IMG/VR virus record: IMGVR_UViG_3300028596_000001
Length of the DNA: 64,000 bases
From: a virus
Lineage: Duplodnaviria > Caudoviricetes
Direction: 5' to 3' (one strand)
Made by a program: the position numbers and the translations under genes. Below, in pieces: positions 31,401-39,980 of the stretch. How positions within the stretch are numbered: position 1 is the first letter of the stretch; each line of letters begins with the position of its first letter. The notes under the pieces were generated by a model. The model worked only from the letters and a program-made list of their open reading frames with translations. It ran no database searches and had not been told where the DNA came from.

Positions 31401-33454
31401 CTCCACACGCTGCCAACGTTCAAACTGCTGACCAGTACAAGAGCCGCCGTGACGTGGTTATGGGTGGTCAGTTCGGTACGAACACGGTAAGGGGCGCTGG
31501 CACTGGTAACATCTACAGTGCTAACGGTAACTACGGCACGCCGCAGAACCAATTCGGTTACAAAGCCTTGACTGGGGATTCTGATACCAGTCACCTGGAT
31601 ATGTCTGGGGTACAGAAAGATAGCGGGTCTAAGGACAGCGGTGTCAAGGTACCTCGCAAGTTGGCTGAGCAGCTGATGATTCGTGAGATGCTCAAACAAG
31701 GCTTTACTGATCCGCGAGCAATCGCTGAGATGTTGGCTTTGACCAACTACGAGACTGGTGGTTATTCCAGGACTGTAGAGAACCTGAAGTACAAAGATCC
31801 GGCACGTCTGATGAAGACTTTCCGGGAAGTTACCTCTTTGGAACAGGCTCAACAGTTGGTTAGCATGGGCGAGGTGGCTATCGGTAACACCGTCTACGGC
31901 GGTGGTAAAGGACGGTCCATTGGTAACACTGAACCTGGTGACGGGTACAAGTACCGTGGTCGTGGTTTCGTCCAACTTACCGGTAAAGCTAACTACGCGA
32001 AGACAGGCGCTTCTCTGGGTATCGACCTGGTTAACAAACCAGAGTTGCTATCCGAAGACCCTAACGTCATGGCTCAGGTGGCGGTAGACTTCTACAAGAA
32101 CTCCAAGCTCTTGCAGAGTATCACCCAAGATGGCGACTTCGGTAGAGCTGCTCGCGGCTTGAACGGCGGTAACGCACTGCCAGGAATGCCAGAGCGCCAC
32201 AAACTGTACTTGAGTTACTTGGAACAGTTGGGTAAAGGAGAACTCAAGGCTGACGAAGAAAGTGCTGCAGCGGCGTCTAAGGATGCTGTAGGTAGTGCTG
32301 GCTTGCCTCCACCATCTGCTCCGGCTGGCGGTGGAACTGGTCCGATGATCGGTGGTCCTGGCGGCACGCCTCCATTGGGTGCTGGTACTGCTCCAGGCTT
32401 GCTCGATCAAAGTGGTGGCGGGAACTACTCCACTCCACCTGGTGCTAGTGGCGGTGGTAGCCCTGGGTATGGTGGGAGCTTGCCTCCCGGAGGTGGTGAT
32501 ACCGGTGGTGGCGGAGGATTCGTTTCCTCTGGTGCTAACTCGGATAACTCCGGTCTGCGTCTTAAGAGTAGTGAGTCTGTAGCTGGTGGTGATGCACACC
32601 CAGGTGTTAAACGTCTCGGTCAGTTGATTCAGACCAACGTTCGTACGTTCAAGCAGATCACTGCCATGAACGACCTGTACCACAAGCAAAAGAAACCTAA
32701 CTCCAAACACGCTAAAGGGTTGGCTATCGACTTCACCCTGACAGATGGTGTTCGTAGTAGTGACCAAGCAACGGCTATTGTAAAACAGTTGTTGCAACAA
32801 GCTGGTCTGCAACCTAATGAGTTCCTGGTACTCAACGAGTACAAGCGAATGTCTGCTGGGGCAACTGGCGGTCACATCCATGCTGGGTTTAACACAGTAG
32901 CGGCTGCGGACAAGTTTAACCAAGCTGCCGGAGGTAATGCGACTAACGGGCAAGATACCACCGCTGGTGGCGGTCCCGTTCAGCCGAAAGAAGAAGAGAT
33001 GGCGGCCCCGCCACAAATGGGCGTGGAGCAAACGGTACCTCGTGGCATGGAAAGCCCAGGGGAAATGATGGAACCAGGCAATGCCCCTCCAGGAGGAGCT
33101 AAACCTAATATCCCGGGTCCTAAACCTCCACAATCTGGTGGCAATGCACCAAGTGGCGGATCCAGCAACAACGGATCTCCATTCAGCGGCGCTCCAGGTG
33201 CTGGCATGCAACAAGGTGGTGGGAATAACCAACCTGCAGCGGTTCCTAGTGGTCCAGCGGCCCAAGCGCCACAAGCGCAACAGCAGCAGCAAACCGCTTC
33301 GAACAACCCAGCGTTGGAAAGGCTGTTGACGGACATGATCGAAAACCTCGCTAAGCAAGGTGATAGCGGTAACAGGCTCTTGGGCGAAGCCGTTAAGCAA
33401 CTTATCGAGATGAACCGAAACATGAAACCGCAAACTCCTCGCGTTCCCGTTTAA
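25409..33454 (+). CDS. Giant tail protein / virion-associated peptidoglycan hydrolase (phiKZ gp181-like)
   Basis: 2681 aa; Gly/Ala hydrophobic segments; GH19 motifs YETGG and YRGRGFVQLTGKANY; M15-like SKHAKGLAID...GHIH; divergent from the beta' gene as in phiKZ. Confidence 0.88.
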   Translation: MSEYNDFESYDNDWDADPFEGDMDFDMDFDNPGGNKGFLRSVVSGFLDGVVERTVGSTDAKINTLQRVLPPSWNPTFRNLRELHQRGREAIEELKNNSFTAVQDLQYLAARAAKAAGDKLPNKISEGLNEFSRHDFSSWEKQEYERDDTVKLEETSDDEIKALLAQGEAESMLSRETFKSVGKQTIGMMTEIGGRSIAGMHSIVQTNQRTNQLLEHLLDYQRRVQQRNDQLQINIAARQYLASGKFYKFVEASNHRMIAELKLIAQYSQQSDYEKTTTSQALKRNLRETVFNTAKSRFGGIADYLTDRVGKDAREDIAGDFSDLTSNLRMVAEMTEGMPINVGSMLGNAAAGIFLTNLPKFIESGKGQEYLVRFTKKFPKLAKWAKDAYIRIGDLGHVANYATGNLEEIANTLARFHHNGVDTSGDEDQTYEEYVDSLPKDAKPAPKAIWYIAKKARKTINNTANGMFDETWSSSNTKYSLSQRTLKDSHEQALWTRRSDRTLNEEIPRWFSMLHLSLEKIRTGNDKLQPLTYDYVKSKFVTEHQKAAMVTNAVFDRNSFAYQATSALNLAGSVDEGGLLSKEAKEAFAMQLVKDSDSKHGFNPYNYFNMEDQGHSKEIAEAVKKTVMSTFGITDAHIDEFLNSDTVRRGVMATYMPTEKGRRLLPGFADASRSLGTFMPDIAEGIDIHKSAGFYEAMKQAGIIAPTEYGEDDISENKFWDLLGKFIKNPELKNTVEVPKDAKLDPTRSFGGFAPNPASALNAQPKPLPPFILGSSAGAAPKPNEPVPVKMEGLEDLIKSLDGLKDIGRSMDLSGDVFKNLSSLDFKPIGNSLDLLVKNTGDLLQLAQTRNETLTKIQEGLPTRKRKQTQEEENDIKSGTARIIDKIKEFSFKDFYNKAVDTVLRNEPLILGGLLGGLAGYALHNPKAAALVAGGAMAAAAYGKLRSAAKARTPEDSEDLYEEGSDEPILEARRLQDGQYYDLTKNKIIKSWKEISGSIRIVSTDAYNGTIIGARKLAKTLFTAENKEVFLGGLNKVREWLTKAFKWVDPWGRAVGLKDKVTKRFYQMDVYKEGADSPTLSGKSFDAGAYWKKDAGGNAVMITGWNEIDGPVYDREGNVLITQEDFDRGLVTSMGVSINKMGTLTKKFAGWGLDALRVTKDKVAEYSGKAYDKSKEMFKADYTPITNSIDRIYYLMLKHWGYQQEFVPEGIPVPPPTPTPENPTKVDPTKGIDPDAPAKPAPEVVAAREEEDQNPAGAKKHDMREKIKEKMAEWNIFDKEKDAKKPRLNSFADKEEKRKEKKAEQAQDALINMAGSFGFGDKEKKPERAGLFGLLTTMIGGVFSGITAIGTFFTKTLWSSVGRLVTFANVGIKILPAIFTGITAIAKGVMTLVQTKSITSAGTSILDTIMDNKNENPETRKKRKEDRATHRKKPSTKFGKAGIGAGVALASGMAIDSLIDMGIADEDGLAANAAGAVETAATVYGAYQLASGAAALAGVELGAVALGVGTTVGGALLTGAGMVVGGIAAALSSPFVLGAIAIGAVGYGLYKLFQAGKGTQLKLRLTQYGVSDVESTLAENVVKAEQMLEKFVVIGNGRASISKDADITGVFKLFVTNPQDKAELAEVFTWFNGRFKPVFLTYMACLDAAKFKSMQEFDESTDQNVYNVAKQAHSALGGVMPYPYTIVAKVDKDTPIMAEKQTVIRVNSYLAELKKYVDRKTDKEELKPVEVPAGVLALEREKKQLEESLDKGDASVAGPIRSQAKERLDYIDRQLSGMSTTFVLGKQVQAVYIKDLLPDDRAMDLLTAIRLACYGNDEDVHWRIEAVLRLERYCEPLFVLNGSEVVFNGDIPGLFGIFRTAFRLKRDEGEDWCKWFRDRFAPVMRNYVQVMANYRKGNPGVVWKSLSVTARYEIAQALVQTMVHITDKFIIPIWNVRVSPFLDSRSPDKPDKVDRMLKLLSDASTQAKIRDPEKEAGKTNTQSWAKEVSPHKPGGGFTPHAANVQTADQYKSRRDVVMGGQFGTNTVRGAGTGNIYSANGNYGTPQNQFGYKALTGDSDTSHLDMSGVQKDSGSKDSGVKVPRKLAEQLMIREMLKQGFTDPRAIAEMLALTNYETGGYSRTVENLKYKDPARLMKTFREVTSLEQAQQLVSMGEVAIGNTVYGGGKGRSIGNTEPGDGYKYRGRGFVQLTGKANYAKTGASLGIDLVNKPELLSEDPNVMAQVAVDFYKNSKLLQSITQDGDFGRAARGLNGGNALPGMPERHKLYLSYLEQLGKGELKADEESAAAASKDAVGSAGLPPPSAPAGGGTGPMIGGPGGTPPLGAGTAPGLLDQSGGGNYSTPPGASGGGSPGYGGSLPPGGGDTGGGGGFVSSGANSDNSGLRLKSSESVAGGDAHPGVKRLGQLIQTNVRTFKQITAMNDLYHKQKKPNSKHAKGLAIDFTLTDGVRSSDQATAIVKQLLQQAGLQPNEFLVLNEYKRMSAGATGGHIHAGFNTVAAADKFNQAAGGNATNGQDTTAGGGPVQPKEEEMAAPPQMGVEQTVPRGMESPGEMMEPGNAPPGGAKPNIPGPKPPQSGGNAPSGGSSNNGSPFSGAPGAGMQQGGGNNQPAAVPSGPAAQAPQAQQQQQTASNNPALERLLTDMIENLAKQGDSGNRLLGEAVKQLIEMNRNMKPQTPRVPV

Positions 33455-33463
33455 CCATTTTAG

Positions 33464-33505
33464 GAGAGGGTAGGGGCTTCGGCCTCTACTCTCACCCTTT
33501 TCTTT
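33464..33505 (+). terminator. Hairpin with TTCG loop and downstream T-rich tract
   Basis: GAGAGGGTAGGGGC-TTCG-GCCTCTACTCTC...CTTTTCTTT. Confidence 0.6.
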
Positions 33506-33524
33506 ATAGCGGGTACTTAGAAAT

Positions 33525-35696
33525 ATGGCTACGGTATCTACCAGGGATAAAGACATTATCACTAAGTCTTTCCGCCTGCTGACTCGGGGTGTTCTACCTA
33601 CCGACGTGCTGGACAGGATGGACTGGGATAAGTACTTTAACGTATTTAGTAGCGCTACTGGCGACAACCGTTATGTTAACCCAGTGGCTCAATCGAGTCC
33701 TCACACCGACCCACGCTACGGGCGTTTCATGCAAACCCGTGAAGGCGGGATGGGTGCCTTTTATAAGAACCACATGGAAGACAACGTCACCCTGCTGACT
33801 ATTGTTCCTGGGGTTCCTCAGTTTGCTGGTTTGTTGCAATTCATCGCGAACATGTTTAGCCCTAGCGCTGCCATTATCGCGAACAAAGGTCGTGCTCCTG
33901 GTTTGGCTTTCTACATGGGTCAGGCCATCACGGCTACTGCGTTCTTCCCTATGCAGTTGCTGTCAGCTGGGTTGCAGTTCTTTAACTTCTTCCTGGACAA
34001 CCCGACTAACACCTTCTGGTCGGTAAAACCTGCGATGGGTGCTTACACCATGGCCTCCACAGGTGTGCTCAACGACTTGATGGTACGACTGGGTTATATC
34101 GACCCCATCCTACCTAAACGCGCTCAGGAGCAGAACGACCCGCTGTACGGTCTGAAGCCTGACTACGATAACAGTCATGCCATTGCTGACCTACGCATGT
34201 TGATCCCCGATTCGGTGAACGAAGACGGCACTATCGACTTGATGCGTCTGGTCATGAAGGGTACTCGTAAACACCGGGTAATGCTTCGTGAACTGGCCAA
34301 GCTGGATAACGAGACTATTACTTCGGTAGAGGACAAGATTACTCGTAGTCGCCAGATCCTCGAAGAGGTAGAGTTCGACGAAGCCACCTGGGCTGGTGAA
34401 CCTAGCCAGGCATTCGTTGAAAAGGAAATGAACACGGTTAGCCGTTTCCGCGAAGGCGAAGGTAACAACGTCGAGCAAGATTCGGCATACACCCACCGGG
34501 CAGCTTATGACAGCGCAGCAGCAGCGAAAGAGGCTGGTGCTTTGGGTGTGGGTAACGTGGACAACGCTGGTCGTTCCGTTGACACTATCATGCAGGAAAT
34601 CTCCAGCAGTGCTTCTCAGGGTAGCTACGGTACGGGTAACCCGAACGAAGCGGCTGGTCGACCTAAACCGGCGAGTGACAACAACACGACCAACAACCCT
34701 AACGTAGCTGGCGGGAAACAAGCTTACTATGAAGATAACCCGGACGATCGCAGTTGGGCAGGTGACATTTTCGACTTACTGCGCACTGCTGCTTATGGCG
34801 GTATGGACGGGATCACTTGGCGAGTTGATGGTAATGCGGGACCTACTACAGACTCCTTCTCCAACACTCATGCTCAGTCTCCGTTAGCCAGTAAGTTTAA
34901 CTCGGTAGTAAAAGCCGCGAACGACTTCCGCTTTGATATTGCCGGTGGTGCTACCGGTGTGGATATCATTGATGGCGTGGTCGATATGTTCAAAGAGTCG
35001 GCTATCGGCGCGATGTCTGGCACGGTAATCGGTAATATCCCTATGGCCTTGGTGAACAACTCGTACATCAAGATCCCGGATCACTGGGATGGTTCTACCA
35101 CCAACCTGCATAAAGAAAGCTACAGTATCTTCTTCAACTGCACCTACGCTCACCCGTATGAACAGATCATGAAGATTTGGGTACCGTTTGCTTTGTTCCT
35201 GCCGTTGGTTGCGCCATTCTCGGCTGGTGGTTCTTCCTACACCTCGCCGTTCATGTGTAAAGCTTTCTGCCAAGGTCGTTCGATCATTCGTACCGGCATG
35301 GTAGAGAACGCCACCTTTACCTGGGGTACTGGCGAACGTGGTTGGACTCGTGACCGTAAACCGTTGAACCTGCGTATCGACTTCAACATCGTCGATCTGG
35401 ATCCTCTGATCTCCGTACCTATTGACCGTTCGATCAGCTTGCTGGAAGTACCGAACATCTCGGGTATCGCTAACAAGATCCTCAGTGATGACACCGGTTA
35501 CAACAACTTCCTCGGTCGTATTACTGGTGTGACCTACCTGGATACCTTCCTCAAGTACAGCCGTCTTAACCGCGGTATGACCACTGTGGCTCAGGACATC
35601 CAGACCAGTATCCGTGCTGACAACATTGCTAGTAAAGTTTCCGACTCCATCGTCGGTTCGTTTGCAACACTCTTTGCTCGTCCTATGGCCCGATAA
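33525..35696 (+). CDS. Virion structural protein (phiKZ gp182-like)
   Basis: 723 aa directly after the gp181 homolog; C-terminal 'PFMCKAFCQGRSIIRTGM' block. Confidence 0.7.
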   Translation: MATVSTRDKDIITKSFRLLTRGVLPTDVLDRMDWDKYFNVFSSATGDNRYVNPVAQSSPHTDPRYGRFMQTREGGMGAFYKNHMEDNVTLLTIVPGVPQFAGLLQFIANMFSPSAAIIANKGRAPGLAFYMGQAITATAFFPMQLLSAGLQFFNFFLDNPTNTFWSVKPAMGAYTMASTGVLNDLMVRLGYIDPILPKRAQEQNDPLYGLKPDYDNSHAIADLRMLIPDSVNEDGTIDLMRLVMKGTRKHRVMLRELAKLDNETITSVEDKITRSRQILEEVEFDEATWAGEPSQAFVEKEMNTVSRFREGEGNNVEQDSAYTHRAAYDSAAAAKEAGALGVGNVDNAGRSVDTIMQEISSSASQGSYGTGNPNEAAGRPKPASDNNTTNNPNVAGGKQAYYEDNPDDRSWAGDIFDLLRTAAYGGMDGITWRVDGNAGPTTDSFSNTHAQSPLASKFNSVVKAANDFRFDIAGGATGVDIIDGVVDMFKESAIGAMSGTVIGNIPMALVNNSYIKIPDHWDGSTTNLHKESYSIFFNCTYAHPYEQIMKIWVPFALFLPLVAPFSAGGSSYTSPFMCKAFCQGRSIIRTGMVENATFTWGTGERGWTRDRKPLNLRIDFNIVDLDPLISVPIDRSISLLEVPNISGIANKILSDDTGYNNFLGRITGVTYLDTFLKYSRLNRGMTTVAQDIQTSIRADNIASKVSDSIVGSFATLFARPMAR

Positions 35697-35707
35697 ATAA
35701 ACCATAG

Positions 35708-35749
35708 CTAATACTCCCTACCTCCCGCAAGGGAGGTAGGGAGTATTAG
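35708..35749. terminator. 19-bp perfect hairpin with GCAA loop between convergent genes
   Basis: CTAATACTCCCTACCTCCC-GCAA-GGGAGGTAGGGAGTATTAG. Confidence 0.85.
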
Positions 35750-35754
35750 GAGTA

Positions 35755-36876
35755 TTAACGAGGAAATTGTGGGGCGCCACGGAATTGGTTACGCAGTTCA
35801 ACCAAGCAGCTACCTTCGGTAAACTTACCCGCTGTACACAACAGAGGGATAATAGGTTCATAACCGCTGAGCAGAGTAACCATGTCCTTACTTACCCGCG
35901 ACATGATTGCCAGATTAAGGACCTGTCCGAATTCAGTGTAGGTCATCCACCAGTTCTGCCCGATAATCCGTTCGAACACTTCCAGCATCATAGCCAACAA
36001 GGCAGGATAGTCTTCCGGATACACACTGTCGTCGAAACGGAAGTTACTGAACAGGTTCTCTACGAAGTTCGGATACTTGGACATGATGATCTTGCGGTTA
36101 GCCCCCAGACCACCGTCGTCCTCATCCAACAACTTTAATACTTCATGGATACTTTCAATGTCACCATTGGTGATCATGAATTGCAACGCTTCGATAACAC
36201 CGTCGCGACGCAATACACCGAAACCTTTAGGGTAGCTATTCCACAGACTGCGGTAGCTATCCTTCATCCCCATCTGTGCAGCGTTCTTGTAGATGGAGTT
36301 ATACAGCGCGCCGGTAACACTACGGTCCAGATACTGGTCCATACCGGTGACCCGGATAATCATCCGCCCGGTCTCACCACCAACGATACCCCGCCAGTTA
36401 CGGTTGGCTTTAAAGGTAGAACCGTCGGTCTGTACCAAACCACCCATATTCAAGCCGGTGAGGCGGGTAAACTCTTTGTTGATGTCAGCAGCGACCTTAC
36501 GCATCGCCCCTGATTCACTGGATACCGGATAGCCCAACTGTTTAGAAGCAGCAGCCAGGATATTGTCGGTACTGAACGTAACACCGTCACGCCCTACCTT
36601 AATAGACTTGGAGATATCCTTGGTGTTCAACAACCCACCAGAGATAGCGCCAATAACACCATCGAGTACGTCTACTACGCTGTCACGGTACTCGGTGATA
36701 GTACCTTTGATACCAGTGTCACGCGCAGTCTTGGTAGCAATGCCGTCACCCATGCGCCGGCTAGTAACGTTATAAGGAGTAAGGTTATCCTCCTTAACTC
36801 GCTGCATGGATGAGTTAGTGGTTTTCTTGAAACTGTCCAGATCGGGAGCTAAGTTAATCCCCTCAAAGGCATCCAT
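35755..36876 (-). CDS. Probable virion structural protein
   Basis: 373 aa with GAGGG RBS; no motif recognised. Confidence 0.55.
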   Translation of the reverse strand: MDAFEGINLAPDLDSFKKTTNSSMQRVKEDNLTPYNVTSRRMGDGIATKTARDTGIKGTITEYRDSVVDVLDGVIGAISGGLLNTKDISKSIKVGRDGVTFSTDNILAAASKQLGYPVSSESGAMRKVAADINKEFTRLTGLNMGGLVQTDGSTFKANRNWRGIVGGETGRMIIRVTGMDQYLDRSVTGALYNSIYKNAAQMGMKDSYRSLWNSYPKGFGVLRRDGVIEALQFMITNGDIESIHEVLKLLDEDDGGLGANRKIIMSKYPNFVENLFSNFRFDDSVYPEDYPALLAMMLEVFERIIGQNWWMTYTEFGQVLNLAIMSRVSKDMVTLLSGYEPIIPLLCTAGKFTEGSCLVELRNQFRGAPQFPR

Positions 36877-36916
36877 GGTCCTACCCTCGAAAATACAAAA
36901 AATAAAAGAGAAAGGG

Positions 36917-36938
36917 TAGGGGAGGCGAACCTCCCCTG
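36917..36938 (-). terminator. Hairpin with TTCG loop on the minus strand and T-rich tract
   Basis: AGGGGAGG-CGAA-CCTCCCCT; A-rich run on its left. Confidence 0.65.
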
Positions 36939-36942
36939 TAAA

Positions 36943-37404
36943 TCATTTCTTTTTGGCTTCTTCCGCAGCAAGCGATTCTTCGATCATCTTTTTGCGATCG
37001 CGACTCACCATCTTGATCTCATCTGAGACCCTTATGATGTTTCCGTGTATATCCTTGACTGTTATCTCGATGTGACACTCTTCAAATTCCAGGATACTCA
37101 ACCCCTCCAGGAATTTGTTAAAAGTTAAACTAGGTTTATGAAAATAAGTATCTTTGATATTACCAGTTCGAGTCTGCCTCTCGAGCTTGGCCTTCTCAGG
37201 ATCCTTGACCGTTACAATCCATTCCAGATATCGACCTAGATAACCTGCCCATTTAAATGGATTCATTTCCAGTTTGTGTAGAATACGTCTAAATAAACGT
37301 GCAGGTGGATCTTCGAGTTGATCGTCAGGAACGTACTTTTTGGAAATCGTGCTCAGCTTGTTAGCCGGCAGAGCACGTTTCTTCGAGTCAGTTCGCTTCT
37401 CCAT
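36943..37404 (-). CDS. Basic hypothetical protein
   Basis: 153 aa, K/R-rich, overlapping the upstream gene. Confidence 0.6.
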   Translation of the reverse strand: MEKRTDSKKRALPANKLSTISKKYVPDDQLEDPPARLFRRILHKLEMNPFKWAGYLGRYLEWIVTVKDPEKAKLERQTRTGNIKDTYFHKPSLTFNKFLEGLSILEFEECHIEITVKDIHGNIIRVSDEIKMVSRDRKKMIEESLAAEEAKKK

Positions 37405-37996
37405 TTATTCTCCTCACCTGGGAGTGAATTGACAGCTTCACCATGGTGATGAAATCGTCAAGCATTAAACGAAAGTGTTGAGAGTTGAAGAAAGCTATAG
37501 TGCTCTTATTCAACTCCCGCCGATTGTCTTCCCTGTATACTTCCCCAAGTTCTTCGTCTTTGGGGTTTTCAATACAGTATAATTGTAACAAGTACATGAA
37601 CTGATCGAGGAAGCCTTGCGTAGCTTCTATGTTGCTGTACCAAGCGAGAAACTCAGTTTCGCGAGAAGACACGTTCAGTTCTTTGAAGTATTCGTCGTAC
37701 TTGAAAAACTCGTTGTTCAATACCCTGGAAATGAACTCAGAGGCCAACCCTGACGTTTCCGTATAGGTGGTGATACCCAAGGTCATAAACCAGTCGAAGT
37801 CTTCATCTAGCTCTACCACAGGGCCTTGTAGGCAATCGTATAGAGCATGGATATTAGCGTCAAAGCTAACCATAGGTTTGTTAAATTGCTTTTCAACGAA
37901 TTCGAGTTTCTCGATGACTTGACGGTACTTAATAAGCTTAAGACCCTTCCCCAGTTTCGGCAATAGGCCAAAGATTGGGATACTGAATATCCGCAT
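37388..37996 (-). CDS. Hypothetical early protein
   Basis: 202 aa immediately downstream of the promoter motif at 38026. Confidence 0.6.
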   Translation of the reverse strand: MRIFSIPIFGLLPKLGKGLKLIKYRQVIEKLEFVEKQFNKPMVSFDANIHALYDCLQGPVVELDEDFDWFMTLGITTYTETSGLASEFISRVLNNEFFKYDEYFKELNVSSRETEFLAWYSNIEATQGFLDQFMYLLQLYCIENPKDEELGEVYREDNRRELNKSTIAFFNSQHFRLMLDDFITMVKLSIHSQVRRINGEAN

Positions 37997-38025
37997 AAAA
38001 CAATCCTTTTAATTGATCTACACCA

Positions 38026-38041
38026 GTAATATAGGTTTAAA
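38026..38041 (-). promoter_or_regulatory. Putative early promoter (TTTAAACCTATATTAC)
   Basis: Matches the four-copy motif. Confidence 0.7.
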
Positions 38042-38046
38042 AAATT

Positions 38047-38580
38047 ATGAGCGAGCCAGTAGTTGTGCCTCAGCCTGTTGAGTTCTCTCCTACCCCAGAG
38101 ATCGACAAGAAACATAGAGTAGATGACGAGAAGCTGAATGAGATCTTCGCTTTGCTGGGGCAAACACTCGAACGCAAAGAAGAAGACGTAGAACAAGTCA
38201 GCTTCGTTACCGCCTTGCAAAAGAACCGCCAGTTCCTCTTGCAGTACGCCATGCGTGCCTACATGGAGAAACCTGGTAGCGCCAGCCTGCTGGAAGGGGT
38301 TACCTCGCTGCTAGGCCACATGGAAAAAGCCGTACGGGATGACCGTAAGGAACGGGCCAAGAAGCAAGAGAACCAGGACAACGTAGTATCGTTCCGCCAG
38401 ATGATCGAAGCCATGTCGATGATCAAAACTGGTGCGCTGGTATTGCCTACCTTCGACGTAACCAGTTTCATGCCGGATCCCAACGTTTCCCTGGTAGCTC
38501 ATCTCGATGTGAAGCCAATCAACGACGAGGAGCTTGTCCAGGGCAACGCGGTTGTAGACATTGACGGTAACCCGGTTTAA
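38047..38580 (+). CDS. Hypothetical protein
   Basis: 177 aa, helical composition. Confidence 0.6.
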   Translation: MSEPVVVPQPVEFSPTPEIDKKHRVDDEKLNEIFALLGQTLERKEEDVEQVSFVTALQKNRQFLLQYAMRAYMEKPGSASLLEGVTSLLGHMEKAVRDDRKERAKKQENQDNVVSFRQMIEAMSMIKTGALVLPTFDVTSFMPDPNVSLVAHLDVKPINDEELVQGNAVVDIDGNPV

Positions 38581-38622
38581 ATAACCAATATACAGTCTTA
38601 ACCGTTTAAAAATACCTGTGTA

Positions 38623-38650
38623 CCCTACCTGGCCCCAGGGCCAGGTAGGG
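38623..38650. terminator. 12-bp hairpin between convergent genes
   Basis: CCCTACCTGGCC-CCAG-GGCCAGGTAGGG. Confidence 0.8.
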
Positions 38651-38667
38651 CATAGGAATATGCTTGC

Positions 38668-39450
38668 TTATTCGTCGTAGTCGTAGAGCGAATGTTCGAT
38701 CGGAAGGACCTTCAGAGCAGGACCCAGCCACAGATAACTGGCAAGCATCCAGTCCTTGACATTGCTGGCGAAAGTTCCGTCTTCCCGTGCCAGGATGTCA
38801 GGTACCACGAAAGCCGTGTCAGGAATCGGATTGGTCTTGAAGGTTTCCATCAACTGACGTGATGACTCGTCGATCAGCATGTTGTAACGGAACACGTAGT
38901 CGTACTGCTTGTAAAAGTTAGAGTCGTGGGTAGCTGGGTCAGACTCGATAGCTTTTACGTTGACGATACCACGCAGACCATAGCGGATGTTCTCCACCAA
39001 CTGCGCGGTAAGATCTTCCCCGAATTGATAAGGGAAGGTGTTTACCCACAAACGAACTTCTTTAATGTCGACCGGCTTATCAGTCAATCCCTCGATGTCA
39101 ATCACCCGGCTTACCATTTGGGTAATCAAACGACTCGGGTAAAACATACCAGTAGCCCAATGATCCACGCTACGCTTGTCGAAGATCTCTTTGAACTTGG
39201 CCTCATCAATACCGAGCTGCGGGAAGTTAAAGGTATCGAGACGACGTTCCTTATAGTTCTTCTCGCAGTGCAGAGTCCACAACCGATCGCCTTGAGCCTT
39301 GCGATCCTGCAAACGCTCCATAGCTTCCTTCGCAGAAAGCGGACTGGTAGGCTCTGGGAAATCCTTTTCTGTCATCAGGTACTGTAACAATGCCCGACGA
39401 TAATCAAAGAAGGCATCAGCATCAGCATAGATATTCAGTACACGATTCAT
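38668..39450 (-). CDS. Hypothetical protein with HAD-like N-terminal DxD motif
   Basis: 'NIYADADAFFD' resembles HAD motif I; other motifs not confirmed. Confidence 0.4.
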   Translation of the reverse strand: MNRVLNIYADADAFFDYRRALLQYLMTEKDFPEPTSPLSAKEAMERLQDRKAQGDRLWTLHCEKNYKERRLDTFNFPQLGIDEAKFKEIFDKRSVDHWATGMFYPSRLITQMVSRVIDIEGLTDKPVDIKEVRLWVNTFPYQFGEDLTAQLVENIRYGLRGIVNVKAIESDPATHDSNFYKQYDYVFRYNMLIDESSRQLMETFKTNPIPDTAFVVPDILAREDGTFASNVKDWMLASYLWLGPALKVLPIEHSLYDYDE

Positions 39451-39465
39451 TCAATTATCCGTTAA

Positions 39466-39978
39466 TTAACTAGTTGATTGATCTGGAACAGGAACACCAC
39501 GAATACCACCGATGTAAACACGGACAGCCAACAAGATCACGTAATCCATACCACAGCCCACAGTTCTAGGACCATGAGTAGGAGCAACGTTGCCGCTTTC
39601 TAGTTTACGCAGATACAACTGCTGACCGCCAGGGGAATCACCCATGATGCGCTTCACCATACTGATGAAGTCACCGAAGATCTTTTCCCGGGTTTCGTCC
39701 ATCTCGGTGTAAACCATCATCTGGAATACCCGCCAATGGTCGCCGACGACGTTGGCTTTGTCACGGGTAGAGCAGGATTGGTTGAACAGCTCGTAAGCTT
39801 TATCGAAGTTAACGATAGGTTCGCGGAAGATTTCATTAATCGAAGCAACGAAATCTACTACACTCGTATCTTGATCGACGGCCCATTCATGGTACATGGT
39901 AACGATCAAGTTACGGAACATCGGCAAACCACTGAGAATTTCTTCACCAATGATTTGCGGTTGTGGAGTCAAGTCCAT
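39466..39978 (-). CDS. Hypothetical protein
   Basis: 170 aa in a tightly packed operon. Confidence 0.6.
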   Translation of the reverse strand: MDLTPQPQIIGEEILSGLPMFRNLIVTMYHEWAVDQDTSVVDFVASINEIFREPIVNFDKAYELFNQSCSTRDKANVVGDHWRVFQMMVYTEMDETREKIFGDFISMVKRIMGDSPGGQQLYLRKLESGNVAPTHGPRTVGCGMDYVILLAVRVYIGGIRGVPVPDQSTS

Positions 39979-39980
39979 GG

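Noticed and set aside
32290-33300. Gly/Pro/Gln-rich low-complexity DNA resembling repeats
   Set aside because: It encodes flexible linkers within the tail protein; there are no exact periodic DNA repeats.
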